Source: an uncultured cyanobacterium
GTDB lineage: Bacteria; Cyanobacteriota; Cyanobacteriia; Cyanobacteriales; Nostocaceae
Assembly: GCA_963740315.1 (NCBI GenBank)
Contig: CAVUDP010000002.1
Span: forward strand, 1,056,001-1,120,000
DNA: 64,000 nt
Reading direction: 5' to 3'
In this document: one piece after another, positions 62,285 to 64,000 of the stretch
Position numbering within the stretch: position 1 is the stretch's first letter
Layout of the letters: every line of letters starts with the position of its first letter
Made by a program: the position numbers and the translations under genes
The notes under the pieces: model-generated
Seen by the model: the letters and a program-made list of their open reading frames with translations, nothing else
Databases searched by the model: none
Told to the model about the DNA's origin: nothing

Positions 62285-62677
62285 ATGAAACCCATACGTA
62301 CCCGCAGCCAAGAGCGGATTTTAAACCTGCTCAAATCCAGTAAACAAAGCATTTCCGCCCAAAATCTATATGTGGAACTGCGTCATAGCAATCAAAGTAT
62401 GGGTTTAGCAACAGTTTATCGTTCTTTAGAAGCGTTAAAACTCGAAGGCTTAGTACAAGTACGAACCCTAGCTAACGGCGAAGCACTTTATAGCTTAGTA
62501 CAGCAAGACAAACATCATTTAACCTGCTTGCAATGCGGTAGCTCAATTGCGATCGATCAATGTCCCGTACATCAACTAGAAACCGAATTAGAAACCAACC
62601 AAAATTTTAAAATCTTTTATCACACATTAGAATTCTTCGGCTTATGCGAAAAATGCCACGCAGAGCAAGCTTGTTAG
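62285..62677 (+). CDS. zur: Fur-family regulator, Zur/FurB-type
   Basis: GLATVYRSL, HHLTCLQC, GLCEKC; closely resembles Anabaena FurB/Zur as I recall it. Confidence 0.85.
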   Translation: MKPIRTRSQERILNLLKSSKQSISAQNLYVELRHSNQSMGLATVYRSLEALKLEGLVQVRTLANGEALYSLVQQDKHHLTCLQCGSSIAIDQCPVHQLETELETNQNFKIFYHTLEFFGLCEKCHAEQAC

Positions 62678-62868
62678 GAGTTAGTGGTTAGTGGTTAGTG
62701 GTTAGTGGTTAGTGGTTAGAAGTTAGGAGTTAGAAGTTAGGAGTTAGGAGTTAGGAGTTAGGAGTTAGGAGTTAGGAGTTAGGAGTTAGGAGTTAAGAAT
62801 TATTTCTCCTCGTCTCCCCCCATCTCCCCATCTCCCCATCTCCCCATCCCCTTGTCTCCCCCTCTCTC
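62674..62868. repeat. STRR arrays (TTAGTGG, TTAGGAG heptamers; CCCCATCT units) between convergent genes
   Basis: Directly visible. Confidence 0.92.
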
Positions 62869-63867
62869 CTAACCGCGTTGCCGATCGTTCTTAACCTGTT
62901 CGAGCATAGAATTATCGCCTTGAGTTTCGGAAACGATGGAGCGTATACCTTCTAGGGTACCGGGAATTGTGCGTGGGTCCATAAACATGACTTTGGCACT
63001 TTCGCTTTGTCCGATCGCTGCTCCCATGTCTAAGTAACCCAAGGCTAATAACACTTCTAATGCTTGCTGGGCTTTGGGATTATCTTTCATTTTTTGAGCG
63101 ATAATTTCTGATGATTGAGCCACTGCATTGGCTTTAAGTACCTGCTGCTGGCGATCGGCTTCTGCTTTGAGGATGGTAGCTTTTTGCTGTGCTTCTGCCT
63201 GTAAAACTACGGCTTTTTGATTGGCTTCTGCTTCTAAAACTTGAGCTTCTGCTCTACCTCTAGAACTATTTACCGCTGCTTCTCTTTCGCCCTCGGATGT
63301 CAAAATTGCTGCCCGCTTGCGTCTTTCTGCGGTCATCTGCAATTCCATTGAGTCTTGTACTGCTTTGGAAGGAATAATATCGCGCAATTCTACACGGGTT
63401 ACTTTAACACCCCAAGGATCTGTAGCAATGTCCAAATCCCGCAATAAAATTTCATTAACTTCAGTACGAGCGGTAAAGGTTTGGTCGAGTTCTAATTGTC
63501 CCATTTCCGAGCGAATTTGAGTCAATACCAAATTCACCATCGCCGCTTGGAGATTTTCTACTTTGTAGTAAGCTTTCTCCATATCGACAATGCGCCAGTA
63601 AACTACAGCATCAACTTCAATGGCTACGTTGTCGCGGGTAATGCATTTTTGAGGAGGAATATCGATAACTTTCTCTCGATTGGTTTCGCGGTAAACTACG
63701 CGATCGAAGAAAGGAATCATAAAGTTGAGTCCGGGTTCTAACTTCGCGTTGTAGCTTCCCAATCTTTCTACTAAAGCTTCGTTTCCTTGGTTAATAATCT
63801 TCACGCTACCAGCTAAGGCAGAACCGCCCAAAGCTAAGGATATCAGTAAAAATATCTGTTCTATCAT
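62869..63867 (-). CDS. SPFH/band-7 (stomatin/HflC-like) membrane protein
   Basis: VERLG...[32 protein letters not shown] 63867 with AGGAG RBS. Confidence 0.93.
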   Translation of the reverse strand: MIEQIFLLISLALGGSALAGSVKIINQGNEALVERLGSYNAKLEPGLNFMIPFFDRVVYRETNREKVIDIPPQKCITRDNVAIEVDAVVYWRIVDMEKAYYKVENLQAAMVNLVLTQIRSEMGQLELDQTFTARTEVNEILLRDLDIATDPWGVKVTRVELRDIIPSKAVQDSMELQMTAERRKRAAILTSEGEREAAVNSSRGRAEAQVLEAEANQKAVVLQAEAQQKATILKAEADRQQQVLKANAVAQSSEIIAQKMKDNPKAQQALEVLLALGYLDMGAAIGQSESAKVMFMDPRTIPGTLEGIRSIVSETQGDNSMLEQVKNDRQRG

Positions 63868-63905
63868 TTTCTTTTCTCCTAATATTATTATTTCAAACAC
63901 GAAAA

Positions 63906-64000
63906 TCAAGAATGTAAAATATTTTCGGGCATGACAATCAAAGTTGTACCTTCGCGCCTGACTACATAAACTCTTTGATAGGGCGCAATAAAAGCTTGTT
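63906..64000 (-). CDS. C-terminal end of an NfeD-family protein; runs off the window's right edge
   Basis: ...[27 protein letters not shown]; NfeD is the usual partner upstream of SPFH genes. Confidence 0.75.
   Translation of the reverse strand, partial: QAFIAPYQRVYVVRREGTTLIVMPENILHS

Overview
AT-rich chromosomal window from a filamentous cyanobacterium (Nostocales/Rivulariaceae-like: many HIP1 GCGATCGC sites, STRR-type 7-9 bp tandem repeats, psaD, ndhD, sqdB/sqdX, cyaB1). Most of it is housekeeping: nfi, mnmH, purC-bamA-lpxC-fabZ-lpxA-lpxB, cyaB1, sqdBX, the ycf46/ycf35 operon, thrB, ndhD, thrS, glycogen-debranching enzyme, a DICT-GAF kinase, psaD, trpE, purS/purQ, zur and SPFH/NfeD. Between trpE and purQ lies a ~13.6 kb accessory island (47373-60991) with three Uma2 genes, a Ser/Thr kinase, a CHAT-STAND NTPase and a two-gene operon that is the main finding. 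The first gene encodes a 1008-aa protein whose C-terminal ~40% follows the motif order of an Argonaute MID-PIWI module but lacks the catalytic acids. The second is a ~1211-codon putative PD-(D/E)xK/RecB-like nuclease fused to an SF2 helicase, split in this copy by a single in-frame TGA. The pair resembles guide-directed PIWI + helicase-nuclease defence systems (DdmDE, pPIWI-RE) but matches neither architecture. The PIWI and nuclease calls are by-eye motif inferences that need profile or structure confirmation. No rRNA, tRNA or CRISPR array was seen.
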